Origin: Epiperipatus broadwayi
Lineage: Eukaryota > Animalia > Onychophora
DNA: 64,000 bases
NCBI GenBank assembly: GCA_028023455.1
Contig: JAQFVV010000006.1
Span: 17,236,001-17,300,000 of the forward strand
Direction: 5' to 3'
Part shown: one piece after another, positions 25,234 to 39,165 of the stretch
How the letters are laid out: each line of letters opens with the position of its first letter
How positions within the stretch are numbered: the stretch's first letter is position 1
Position numbers and translations under genes: made by a program
Notes under the pieces: generated by a model
Told to the model about the DNA's origin: nothing
What the model saw: only the letters and a program-made list of their open reading frames with translations
Database searches by the model: none

Positions 25234-25278
25234 CACTTCACTGAGGATAGCCAATAGCCTGAAACCGATTTGGGAATG
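25234..25278 (+). ncRNA. Degenerate Penelope-type minimal hammerhead-like motif
   Basis: CACTTCA-CTGAGGA-TAGC/CAATA/GCCT-GAAA-CCGA-TT-TGGGAATG. The core is intact but the helices are imperfect. Confidence 0.3.
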
Positions 25279-28200
25279 GGAATGTTTTTAGGTAGAGATT
25301 TTAAATGCTTTCTCTTGTGGCATTTATCAATAAAGCTTGGTTAGAGCTATTAGCATGGTCATTATTTTATTATACAAAATACAAGCTTATCAAGTTAAGT
25401 CATGTGATGTATGACTTGATTTTATTTACTATTATTAATACTTTTAATTTTTATAACATGTATTTAAATTTTCAAATAATTATACTTAAAAAAAAGTAAT
25501 ATTTAACATTTAAAACATATGAAAATAAGTATGTAAATGATGTTCTTATCTGAAACACTGGAGCACACCATGAATGGATGTAATTACCTATTCAAAAAAA
25601 TTAGAATGAAATATTAATTATTAGAATTGTTATTAAAAATGATATACTTACAATTAGTTATCATCAAAGAAAAAAAAATTCTAAAAGTTAATAAAATATT
25701 TATTGTTATTAAAATTTTAAAGAATATATTACTTTTGGTTTTCAGAAAGGATTTTTTTTTTTACCCAGTAGAGATTGCTTCCGGTTTCTCATAACGTACT
25801 TTCTAATAGCAGTCTTTCTAAAAATAAAATGTTTTCAAAGACATTCCCCTACTAATGATATAGTTTTGGCTTAATAATGAGTCTTTCATCAAAAGATTGC
25901 ATTATAATCATTACCAATTACTGAAAGACATATTTTTCATCTTATTTAGCCCCACAGTAAACAATCTAAAGTTACCAGCCAATCATAAATCTCATTTCTA
26001 AGTTACCTCCTTCATTGCTTTGTCATAACAATAGAAAGTGCTGTCAATCACACACAAAGGTCACTATAATGCTGACATCTTTACATTTTTTTAAAAAAAA
26101 ATATGAAACTTATAATGCCATAGACAAGACACCCATCACACATCGTAATGTTATACATACATTTTAAAACAATATTGAAAAGTAGCATTCACAGTGCCAT
26201 AGTAATGTCTAAAAAGTGAAACTTAAAGTGTAGATACTGCTGAAAACATTGATTAGGTTAAAATTTAATTAAAAATATTCTTATACATAAACTGCAATTA
26301 TTAAACATTATCATTTTTTTTTCATCCTTCATGTAAAAACTAAAATTTATCATCTCAAGAAATTCACTATATGATGGCAGATACTGAAAATTTAACTGGA
26401 AGACATTTTTGTATCAGTGAAGTCTTTTCATCTCGTTATTTTAAATCAGTTATGTTTCACTTAAAAATTATGAAAGATGGATGTAAATGTCCTTTTAATT
26501 TAACTCTGTAAATTTTGGATAACATAAAATAAGTATTATCAACTCCCCATCATGGCAGGTGATCTGTAGTCTTTTTATGTTACCAGTATCTCTAGATACA
26601 TGGACAGCCATTGAGTCATTTTATATTGCCCAGACGATGATTGACAAAATGTCAATGCCAGAATAATTATGAACAACCACATACACAGTAGAAATAGAAA
26701 ACTATATTTATACTATTTAACAGGAAAATCTTTGTTTTATAAAGACCTCCAAAATAATTTATTACTCCAATCCCACTCCTTTTTGTATATAATTTTGTCA
26801 GTATGGCAACTAGATGTTAGTGCTAGGAGTCTTTGTATTTTATCTATATACTAGTGTTTGGTGATGTTGTTACATCATTATATTTATACAGTATACATGC
26901 ATATTTTGATTGATTGAAATTGTAAACAATATAAACCAAAATAAATAGAATTCATTAAAAATAAATTGAAAATCATTCCATCATTTAAAAGTGATTGATT
27001 AATCTAATTGTTTATTTAAATCATGTCAATAGTAATGTCATAGGTTTGTACAAATGCTTTTCTTCATAAATATCCACTACTATAGCAAAAGAACAAAAAC
27101 TATTTACTTATTAAAGTAACAATCAGCTGTAAATTAGATTTATCAATCTAATTTTTATTTAATTGTATTTTCATAAAAAATAAAATTGGCAAACTGTTTG
27201 CTGGGAAAACAAAATTAAAAGTTTTATTTCTTAGATAATTAGAGAAAAAAGATCCATTGGTGACTTAACATAAAATTCATCAAAAATAAATATAAAATTT
27301 GCACTATGTTAATTTACTTTATTTAATGGTCAAGTTTTATTTTAACCAATCATGATTCAAGGAATCATTTTTGCACCCTGTTGCTAAACTTTAAATCGTT
27401 TAAAATATCATTAAAATTCAATATCCTTATTATATTTAAAACAAATTATTAATTTTTTTGTTATTAATATACTAATTAAAATGTTTATTAATTAATAATT
27501 TTTTTCCAATTTCACCCTTTTTTTTTTTTAATCAAATATTTACCTTTAGTAAATATGTTGAATTTGTGATAATGAATTAAATTTTTGAGATAAGAAGCTA
27601 TTATAATTGCGGTTTTTTCCCCTTTTTGTGTAATTAATGATTTATGATGAATTTTGGAATATCAGATTCCCATTCTGAGATAATCTGTTTTGTTCTACAA
27701 AAAACTAAAACACTAAATTATATTGAGCAAATTTTTATTTAATTATAAAGGTTTTTTTTTTCAATCCTCATTGTTTATAACTTACAAGCTTAAGAGATAG
27801 GGTCATGTGATCTATGACTCTTATTTTGACTATAAAAAAATATTTGTTTTTTAAAAAAATTAGTGGGAATTTTATATAATTGTTATATCATCTTTATGAA
27901 TAACATGATCATAGTGAAGAAGAAGGGTTCTTTAACTTATTAGTAAACTAAACTTTTTTGTTATGTACACATCATTAGTCATAATTTTTCCACTACTTAT
28001 ATTGTTTAAATGATAAATGTGTTAGTGGAAATATGCTTATGAAATAGTTTAAGTATAATAGATGGTAAAACAACAGGATTATTCAAAGAAGAGGGGTTTT
28101 AATATTCTCATTAATAGTTCAAACATTTTTTTAAACTTATTATTTTGATCTTTTTAAAATACTTTGATATATATTTATAGCAATTGACAATTTAAAAAAA

Positions 28201-29590
28201 GCTATAGGTCTCTGGATAAGTTCCCACTTGATTTTAAAAAATAAAAAGAACGACGTATCCAGTTGAATCGAATCGTTATGCTTAACCCGCATTCGGGTGC
28301 TCACACATCATGTGATCTTACAAGCAACTATCTACTCAATATAGCAAAACGATTTTGAAAGACTTCTGCATACATATGTTTAAAAAAACAACTGCTTTAG
28401 CCCAACACAGCACAAAAGTCTCTCTTACAGACCTTCAAAGAAATCGGGAAGAGAAAGACACTTTTGCTAATTACAGGTAATAAATTTTTCAGTATTCGTT
28501 TTATGCTTTAGCTAAAGTCAGTTAGATACCCGTTTACTGATCAATATTGGATGGTTAGTTGGTGTGATTATAAGCTGACTGCCTGAAAGAAAAAAATGCT
28601 AAATTACTCTTAAAGAATTTCACTTGGCTAAATCCCAATGTCAGGTTGTAAACAAACAAGGAACCTATATCATGTATATAATTTACTAATTGAAAGGGAG
28701 GGCATTGTGTCCTAGTGTTAAGTGCACCCAAGTCACCAAATCAAGTGAAGCAAAGTTTAGAATTAATATTATTTATTAAAATGCCTGCCGTAGCATTTAA
28801 TAATATTTAGTAAATGAATCACAAGATTTATCTGAATTATTCAAATGAATATTATTGTGTAAATGGAAAAAAAAAAAATGATTGTAGCATAGTAACTTTT
28901 CCACTATTGGTATTGAGTCCGATGTTTGTTTTTATTTATCTAAAGCTTTAATGGTATGATTTGCTTTTTGAAAAAAGACAAATGTTTTATTTATTTCTAA
29001 TAGCTCTTGTGATGTATATTGTATGTTGTCTCACTATGTTACCTTTTTTTTTTCTTCATACATATATGTCAAAATTCAAAACTTTAAGGCTCTGGAGAGT
29101 GCAAACTGAGATCCCTCAATATGTCATTAATGTTGTGAGTGTTGCTTTTCCTCCTCGTCACTTATTACTAAAATCGTTTGGATAATTCACAAGGGGCTGA
29201 TAATAACCACATTGTTTGCTAAGGCTCTCATGTTTCAGAATTAATTAGCTCATCCTTAGCTAATCATCATTAGCCAAAGAGAAAAATATTAGTCTCGCAA
29301 AAATCATTACGTTTATCTAATTCCTAAATTATCTTTTTTTAGTCTATGTTCGTTTATTAAATTTGAAAAGTATCAACTATTCAAAGATATTTTAATTACT
29401 TGACGGAATAGTGAAATCAATAATTAAAATCATATTAATTTTATTTCCATTAATGTATATATATACACGTACATATAACAGCCATTCTTGAACGAGTATG
29501 ATCTCTCCAACTTCAAGATAAAAAAAAACAATACGCTGCTCTAGATATGAATATTGCCATGAGTATAGAAATCAGTCTGTGATCCACCAA

Positions 29591-29885
29591 TTATTATCAT
29601 CAGCATTTTTAACCATTATCGATTCATCATAGCATGAAGGTCTTTCCAAGTTCAATCTATCTTCTACTTCTAAACCTCTCTTCTTCACATCATCCCACCA
29701 TATTTACTTATTTCATCCATCATCTCACGTGCGGTCTCTTTCTAAGTCTTTTACAATCTCTTGGTGTCCAGTTTAAGATTTCAATTGTCCATCTATTATC
29801 ATCTCTTCTAGCAATATGTCCAGCCCAACTCCAGGGTCTTAATTCTTTCAATGATATCAGTAACACGTATTTGTTTTCTCACCAA
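29591..29885 (-). mobile_element. RTE LINE family A 3' fragment
   Basis: Reverse complement aligns to 60830-61110, including the GATAATGGTT...GATGAT tail. Confidence 0.85.
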
Positions 29886-30890
29886 AGTAGAAATTTGTGG
29901 ATGAATACTATTTGTGGTTCATTTCATTATGAACCATAAATACATCCACAAATTTCTTTTTTCATTATGTAGAATAATTGTCTACCAATAGACCATTCCC
30001 TTACCATCTAGAAAAATTCAAATTTTCCTATTCTTGCTTATCTCTTTCAAAAACTTATGGCTATCCTTGTTTTATGATCATATTTATAAACTTTGGAATA
30101 ATCATCATAAATGAAAATAACAATCATTGTTCTGATCTTTTCTTCCTTTGAAATGATCCATCCATAATTACATATATTAATATATCTTAACTTATGAAAA
30201 TTTATTTAATAACATGAATCATATTCATTATACATTATAAAACAATAAAAATAATTCACCCTATGTTTCAACCCTACATTATACTTATTATAAAGTGAAA
30301 AGTTAGTGTATGGTGTTTGAACACACAACCATTGCTTTAAACCATACAGGGTAAAAGTTAATTGTTTGGAAATTTAAATGGAGTGTGTGCCAGAAATGAC
30401 AGAAATAAACTATGATCCGGGATATTGACCAGATTCCATTATTCTACTACTGTGCTAAAATATGTAGGGCAGTATGATTGCTGTCAAGATCTTTACAGTT
30501 TTCTACTGGCTTTTGTCTTTCTTCAACTGCATTATAGGCAACAGAAAGATCAGTAAGCATTGTAAACCCTAGATACTGACCATAGTATATGATTGAAATG
30601 AAGAGTGTTTTAATTTTATTGCTATGTAATGTATATAACATGTGACTTATGTTAAGAAACAAGTTTTATAAAGGAAAATAGTGGACCTAAAGTTTTTCAA
30701 TGTATGTAACATTTATTTCATTCTCCAAATTTTTTTGAAAGCATATTCTTCACAATTGCTCTATATATCTTCATTGTCACAAAAATTTTGTCAACAAATA
30801 TAATCCCCCCTCCCTTTTTTTAAACAACTTTTATTTACCTATTTCATCTATTTATTTTTTCTATTAATATAATGATCTGTGCCTCTAAAG

Positions 30891-31214
30891 CAGGGGGTCC
30901 CCAACCCTATGCCTGCGGGCACCACGGCGCCCGCAGACCATTTTATGTGTGCTTGCCGCTATCCTCACACAATAAATTATTTATCTGATACAAATAAATT
31001 TAATTTTTAAAATTTCTTATAAATTATTGTATTATATTGTAATCATATTGTAGGGCATACTATATTTTTACAGCGTAAATAAATTTTTTTGTATTATTAT
31101 GTGTATTATTAACAATATCCAACTATAAATTTACATTGAAAAAATAAAGGGTGCCCACCACCTGTCCGGTATTACAGAATGTGCTCTTAAGTGCAAAAAG
31201 GTTGGGGAACCCTG
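30891..31214. mobile_element. hAT (Charlie-like) MITE
   Basis: TIRs CAGGGGGTCCCCAACC and GGTTGGGGAACCCTG, with 8-bp TSD CTCTAAAG at 30883-30890 and 31215-31222. Confidence 0.9.
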
Positions 31215-31473
31215 CTCTAAAGTATTCAGTCATTTCTCCCCTCCCCCCATTTATCAGAGTCTATATACAGACACATTTGAAAGTTAATTTTTAACTACAA
31301 AGTAGTCTTGTTTAAGAAAACTGTCACTAGCCGTGTTATAGTTGGGAGGTTTTATTCAGGACAAATGATTAGGGATAATAATTTTTTTGATCATTACTTG
31401 TAGCTAATTGTGAAAATATTCATATTAACTACACTTAAACATAAGTATATTATGTATACTTGTAAGTTTTGAC

Positions 31474-31725
31474 CATTCCATCATCCAGATTTTCAATAAT
31501 ATGAATGGCCGAAGAGTTGGAGAGTGGAGGAGGTTATCCATTAAAGTTGGAAGATATGTGGGAGATGATTATTTGGATTAACTGATGAGTGCTGGTTTAG
31601 CACAAAATACATATATTGGAGATCATTTATCTTTTTCGCGTATATGTGGTCATGTGTATTGGTTGTATAAGATGGGGTGGATGACTAAAAGGAGTTTTAA
31701 CATTTGGGTTAAAATTCGCTCTAAT
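31474..31725 (+). mobile_element. Family 1 copy E with hammerhead motif
   Basis: ATTAA-CTGATGA-GTGCT/GGTTT/AGCAC-AAAA-TACATATA-TTGGA at 31577-31620. G12 is mutated. Confidence 0.8.
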
Positions 31726-32206
31726 TATATCAACTATATGTAGATAATAGTTAGTCTTTTTTAAAAAATCTATTTGACTTTATAAACAAATATTAAAAAA
31801 AACAAAAAACATTTGTATATTAAAAAATTAAACTGCTGAAAATTCAGGGTTCCAAATGTTAACTAAATGATAAATTCACTTATAAAAAAATGAAATGTTT
31901 TACATTAGTGAATTGAATCTTTATTTTAATTTTTTTTTTTATTAGGCATTATTTTAGTACATAAACCTCTCCCATGAGAAATAATTTATTGTTCTGTATG
32001 TAGCCTTCAGTTTTATAGCATATTTTCCAACATATATTTGCTCTAAATAGATTAGTGAAACAGTAAAGTAATGGACTTTGGAACTCAAGATCCTTAAGGT
32101 TATTTTCCTATCCTATCGGTTACAGTGTTTGAACTTTGTAAGAATTCTTGAGCAATAAAACATTCATTTTTTGTTCTTTTTTTAAGCACATTTTTATTAA
32201 AACTGT

Positions 32207-32490
32207 GGGGTGGAGTGGATTGAAGCTTGCCCATTAAAGTATGAAGATTGACTGTCTTAATATAAGCTGAGCATTGATTGTATATATGTGTGTGGAGATG
32301 ATGATCTGGACCAACTGACGAGTGCTAGTTTAGCACGAAATACGGCTATTGGTGATTATATATCTTTTCGACATGTGTGTGATCAAGTGTGCCAGTAGTA
32401 TGAGATAGCATGGATAGTTGATGATCGTGTGAAAGTCTGAGTTCAAACTCTCTATATATTACATATTGGAGTGCAGGTATGAAAAAGTCT
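32207..32490 (+). mobile_element. Family 1 copy F
   Basis: Aligns to 460-745 across the upstream region, hammerhead, body and GAGTTCAAA box. Confidence 0.85.
32301..32359 (+). ncRNA. Type I hammerhead ribozyme, intact catalytic core (copy F)
   Basis: ATGATC-TGG-ACCAA-CTGACGA-GTGCT/AGTTT/AGCAC-GAAA-TACGGC-TA-TTGGT-GATTAT. All conserved core nucleotides are present and helices I and II pair. Predicted cleavage is after 32348. Helix III has lost its palindrome. Confidence 0.85.
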
Positions 32491-33320
32491 GTACTGGTAG
32501 AGAAAAAAAAATCATATATTAAAACTTTTTATAAAAAAAATAATGAGATTGCCTTTATAAAATGTTTCATATCTGCCATTATTTATTTGAATGTTTAGAA
32601 AAGCATAATATACTAATTTAAAAAGTAAACTATATTTTTTAAAAAAAATATATCTATAAATATTATTTATATACAAGATGTAATTCAGGAATATAATTTA
32701 CAAGTAAAAATAAAATAAAATTTTAAATTAATTTTTAAAAAAACAACAACAAACAATTCACTACCTTTATTAATATACAAAAACTACAGAATGTCCCCCT
32801 CCCCTCAATTATAGTTGCCACTTAGAAATAAAACCAAAACATATGTATTAGATTATGATTGACAGACAAATTAGACTTAAACAGTAACTGAAACAAAAGC
32901 CCAAACTTTGTGTAGTGTAAAATATTGCAGCATAAAATGGATTATGAATCTTTTAGTTGGTAAATTAGTTAATGCCAGTATAAATATAAAATATCCCTAT
33001 AATCACAGCAGAAACAATATATATATAGAAATAATTTACCTTACACTTTTCATAGCAATAACATTTCTCTAAAATTATATATGACAATATAAAAATATAG
33101 AATATAATTTATTGCACTGCTCAAATGTTATTAGACACCTAAAAGGTAGGGGAGGGCAGGGAGGGAATGAGATAATTAATGAAATAATAGCCTTTATGAA
33201 AATGCTGGCTTCTCTGAAGCAATTTGCATAGTGGAAGCATTTTTCTAGAGAATTGAATATTTATTTTAAATACATACAAAGTACACACAAATTTGACAGT
33301 AATATTCAACAGATTAATAA

Positions 33321-33668
33321 ATGCCAAAATTAGTTGCCATGTATAGGTCATGTGCTTATTCCATTATACGTTTTATTTGTGAAGTTGATAAATTATTATT
33401 TAATTTACATTCATCTTCTGCTGTAATACTTGGCAATATGAATATTGGTTTATTAATCGAGGAACACAATTCTAACTGTAGATACTTAGATTTATTATAT
33501 GGTTACGGTTTTATTCAGGCAAATTTTTCACCTACATGCATAACATCATCTTATAAATCTCTGCTTGATCATACATTTATTAGACTTGATCAGCATTTCA
33601 ATTATAAATCTGGATTATCTGAATTTGGATTATTTTGCAATTCTTTTGAAATTGTCTATAGTTTATAG
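33321..33668 (+). pseudogene. APE-type endonuclease fragment of a CR1/L2/Jockey-group LINE
   Basis: VAMYRS...VILGNMNIGLL...GFIQANFSPTCITSSYKSLLDHTF follows the APE pattern IYRPP..IlGDFNIDLL..PTRvt..LIDHIF. Confidence 0.75.
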
Positions 33669-36600
33669 TTTTCCAGTTACCTAGAAGTATGTTAATAAAC
33701 TATCTCATGTCAAATTAAATAATTTATTGTCCATTCAGAGCTTAGAATTGTATTTTTGGCTTAAATAGTATAGACTTAACCTTTAACAATTTTGATATTA
33801 TAATTCAAAACATGACCACTTACTATTTGCAAAAAATTACTTATGTTTAAAATCAGAGTTAATGTTAATTATTGTGGTTAACTTATATTTTTTAATAAAT
33901 AATTTATGTTATTAATTATAAAAAGTAATTTATTTTCTACTTTATAAAAATGTAGAATTATTTATAAGATGTGAAACATAGTAAAAAGCTTGCAAATATA
34001 AATTGAAAAGCTTTTTTTTAAATAATGAATAGCAGACTGAGAAAGAATTGGATAAGATGTTTTAATGCATTTGTAATTAAAAAAAGTTATCTTTAAATTA
34101 TAAATATGAACCCTTCTGTATTTCAACATTTTCCCATATTTTATTTTTTAAATAATAAGGAATTATAAAATCATTATAAAGCAGTGAGATGTATTTATAA
34201 TTTTAAAATATATACTACAGTGAAGAACAGAATATAATGATTGTAGTTTTATTTTTATTATTATTTTGAATTTCTTAACTTGTATTTTTAAAAATGAACA
34301 TGTCAAAAAAAAAAAAAAAAATCTAAATGGAAACATGAATATATATATTTAAATTAACTGAACAAATATTCAAATAAACTATGGCAACAATGCATTTTTT
34401 TTTTTTTTGCTCATTGCCAATAACAATTGAAGATTTTAAAAATTTGTTTATACATCCAATATTAAAAAATTTACAAAAAATTTATCAAACAGTGACCTTT
34501 TAGACTATTGTTGATACCTTTGTTGTATTTTCCACTGTGGATTATTAACATTTTTGATCTAATAAATCAATATTTAATTTAATTCAAGTTTTATCCATCA
34601 AATGAAAGTAAAAACCAACAAAATAGTGCTAAAGATAGCCTTAACAGAGTGATGTATACCCATAGTGCATTAATGGTATCACAATATCCCATAATACCAT
34701 GCAATTGACAATCAGTAAGTTAAAAGAAATAGATGATATGATTGATTTTTTAATAAAAATCATTATCCATATGGAAAAATATTGTGTTAGGATCATAATC
34801 TCTCAGTGAGAAGTGCAGAAAAATGGCATTTTGAAAAGTGATAGATGCATAAAAAAAATATTTATTTCTATGAGCTGGTTTTGGATGCTGAAAAATGCAT
34901 AAACAATGAATCAAAAAATTTAGTCACTGCATTATATTTTTCTTTTCACTACTAGAATTATAGTGAATAATAAAATGCTTTGAGAAAGTCAAAAATATTT
35001 CATTCAAATCATATTTTGTCACTTTCTATAGATAAAAAAAAAGTTGTGTTGGTTTTTAAATAAAAATAGAACTGGGAGGGGAGAGGGGGATTCAAAGATT
35101 ATTTAACTTTTTGCTTAAAAATAACTTTACTGTCAATAAGAAATAGCTGCAATTATAATAGATTTGCTTCTTTTGTCATATTAATTACTTATGTTAACAG
35201 TACTCATTTCATAATATCTTTTGATAATGTTTAATCACAACTATTATGCATTAGCACTGTATTTCTTTCAAACTATCCTTCTAAACAATGGAACACCATA
35301 TGCAAGTTCCTTATTGTATTTCATATTTATACCCAATCTTTCTTTTAAATCATTATAACCAAATATTGTGGTTTTTGTAACTTGCTTGATATACACCTCT
35401 ATCATTGTATAAAAATTTGTTTGTATAGTTCTCTTTGTATATTGTACAGAATTGTTATTAATGTTAATTACAAAACGATGAAATAACAAATGTAAGTTCT
35501 CAACAGTATTCAAATTTTATTGTATCCCCTGTATTGTACCTGTTCTATGAATAAAGTTTATTTTTGAAATTAAAAAAAAACCAACAAATGCCTTTAATCC
35601 AAAATTATATTATTTGAGGAAAGTTAGTTCTTTTATGTTTTGCTGAATCCTAATCTTATTCATGATGCTTTTAGACAGAAACTTACATACATATATAAAT
35701 GTGCTAAATCAATGTTGATTAGTTGTTTTTTTTTTAAACCTTGTATTGTCAATAAAAGAAAACAATGATCTATCCATATTGTTCTAAGAATGTAAAGAGT
35801 AACATATATGTTATATGAAATATATTTTAACAACTATTTGGAGTTTAACTGAGATTATTAAAAGCAAATAGTTCAAAATATATGAAAATTGGAATAAATG
35901 TAACAAATTATCTGCTATTTATTGCAAAGGATACATGTAAGATTAGATTTAAATTTGATAATGAAAGTGTTTTAGCCATAATTAATTGCCACACTAAAGA
36001 TGTAGAATCTGAATAAATTTAGAAGTAAATAGTATCATTCAGAGAATATACCTAGAATAAGTGAATTTTTGATATTGTTACAGAAAGCATTTGCACATCG
36101 ATCCAATATTTATCGGTCAATTTTGTCATCATCTGGATGAATGTCTTCCTAAAGAAAGTTCTTCTAAACACATTAATGTAGATAGCAAACTAATTTGTTA
36201 TTATTCCTATTTATATTCTTGTTCTTATGAATTATGAAGGTTGTTTAGGGACATCTTAAAATCAAACCTCTTTTAGAAATTATGTAGTGATGGATAAGAG
36301 GAATGATAAAGAATCCCATTTATATGATCTGAATAAAGAATTTTATCTTATTATTTGTAAAATTCATTAATTGCATGAAGGGCTTTAATATATAAATAAA
36401 CCACCAATTCGATGAAAATGATTTAATTTTTTTCAACATATTTATTGATTATCAGTTGATGACTTAATTTAACTTTAAATTAAATCTATTTCTAAAAACT
36501 AACTAATGTGTTGCAAACTTCATTTCAGTTGTTCCAACTCACTCTTACTTATTTTACTATTTCATCTGATTTCTTAACTGTTCAACTTATTCATAGATGA

Positions 36601-37219
36601 GTGTACTGTAGTATTACAGTCTTTGTGTTTATATTTGTTATGCCATAAATACTTACCTGGAAGCATTAGAATATTAGAAGTTTTTGATAGACTGTATAGG
36701 GCCTTTGGAATCACACTATTCAGTTTGTAATTAAATTAATTACCAAACTCAGATTGTTTGAAGATATGCCATGGTAGTTATGGATGATTGAATATTTTTA
36801 TTTATGCAATTGAAAAGGAGTTTGCTTTGACTGAAAAGGATATTTTTATTTCCTCCTTGAGGATTCACAGATGCTATATTATTTTTTTATGCATCTGGTT
36901 GATGATGTATTTTTTCAATAAGTTCAGTTTATGTATAACTTAATATGTAAAACCACAAAGCTGAAAAATATATAATTATTACCATAAATCAAAATTAAAA
37001 AAAATAAAAAATATAAACATTCTTTAAGTTATTAGTTTTAAATGTTGTGAATTATGAATTTTGATATATACAGTTAAAATTGTGTTTAAAATGGGATATA
37101 AAAATTAAAATGTTTTGACATTTCATCTATAATCCAAGACTCAGTTATGAAAATGTATGCTTAGGGAGGGAGTAATCTTTTTCTTAGAAAATAAATATTA
37201 GATTATATAGTAAATATAG

Positions 37220-37377
37220 GGATTTGAACTTATGATTTTCAATCTATATTCATCCTCCATTCCATCTTAAGCAACCAATACACATGACCACACATGTGAA
37301 AAAGACAATGGTTCCCGTATACATATTTCATGCAGAACCAGAACTCATTAGTTGAACCACATCATAAGTTCAAATCC
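37220..37377 (-). mobile_element. Family 1 copy G, degenerate hammerhead, flanked by 17-bp inverted repeat
   Basis: Minus strand reads CTAATGA-GTTCTGGTTCTGCAT-GAAA-TATGTAT. GGATTTGAACTTATGAT (37220-37236) and ATCATAAGTTCAAATCC (37361-37377) are inverted copies. Confidence 0.7.
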
Positions 37378-37654
37378 TTCTACTTACTATAGTAAACATT
37401 TAGTATACTGAATGAATAGGTAATTTATTTTCAAATGTTTATTTAATAATAACATTGTTCAATTATAATTTGAAGAGCAAGTATACATTTGCACTTTATG
37501 CACTTATATAGACATCTTTATGGGTGATTACTTCTACAAATTACTGACAAACTTTTGTTTATATGTAGATAATAAGTAATTTACTTTTTGTAAAATAATA
37601 CAGGCGCTATTGCACCTGACCGATTTAGGTTTGAATTACAACGTTATAATTTAC

Positions 37655-37757
37655 TTTTTTTTTTCATATGTCATAGCATCGGCCGGGACGCGAACCCACA
37701 ACCGTCTGCAACCAACTATTTGCTTGCATGGCGGCTGCGATACCTCTCGGCTAACAC
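37655..37757 (-). mobile_element. tRNA-Gly-derived SINE, diverged copy
   Basis: Minus strand reads CCGAGAGGTATCGCAGCCGCCATGCAAGC...GGGTTCGCGTCCCGGCCGATGCTATGACATATG-(A)n. Confidence 0.75.
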
Positions 37758-38709
37758 TTTTTGAAGAATAAATTTTAAATAATTTGTTGAGATAATTCAA
37801 TATAATGTAAATTACTATTTAAAAATATAACTATTATATGAAACTCTGTGCTAACTTAAAAAGTATGTATTAACTCTTTCTAAAATGTCCAGTTTACAGA
37901 AATTCTCTATAGTTTTTTTTTTTTTTTCAATATTTTTTTCTTTAAGTTGCCTGTTTACAAAAAAAAAAAAAAATAATAATCATAAGAAAAAAGCAATAAG
38001 AGTTAACTTCCATTTAGATAGAAATTGAATTTTTATTAGATGACATATCATATGCATATGTAATATATACCATGTTTTTGTTATGCTGAAAGACACGTTA
38101 TAATGTTTCTCTGCATGCTTAAAGAAAGTATGTTCATAAAAATTTTAAAGGAAGTCAGCAGGACACTACATATTTTTGATTATTCTTCTGGTAGATGAAT
38201 GTGGGTAATACTCCTCATTAGTATCATCCAGTATGATGAATTTACTGGGTTTTACCTCAGAATTTACAATTTGAAAAACACTGTTATCTTCATTTTCAAA
38301 TGCCTTATAGTTCGTAACTGAATCAAATTATTTTTCATCATGTTGTATGTGTGGGTAGTTATTTATATTATATGTAAAGGAGGACAAACAAAAAAAAATA
38401 TAGCCTTGGTACCCTGGAGGCTGTGAAAACCATCATCCAAAGCAGTGACAGAAGGTAACGTGCCAAAAACAATCCATTTGTGGATTTGGATTGCAATTAA
38501 TTGATTATTCATTTGGATATTTATAACTGTAGATTACTTTCATGTGAAGAATGACCGAAGCTCACAGCAAATCATAAACTCTTATTATTATTGTCTTAAC
38601 TGTATTTGCAATATTTTGGTATGTTTTTATAGATGTTTATTTATATAAGGATGGTAGTATTTTATCATATAGTCTTGTCCAGCCATATATTTAATTGTTT
38701 TAGCAGAAC

Positions 38710-39165
<456 letters not shown>

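Noticed and set aside
35268-35513. 81-aa minus ORF with LAYGVP, resembling an RT motif
   Set aside because: No second supporting motif and no consistent alignment.
36649-36660. ATACTTACCTGG matching the U1 snRNA 5' end
   Set aside because: The match ends after 12 nt. It is the reverse complement of a donor site.
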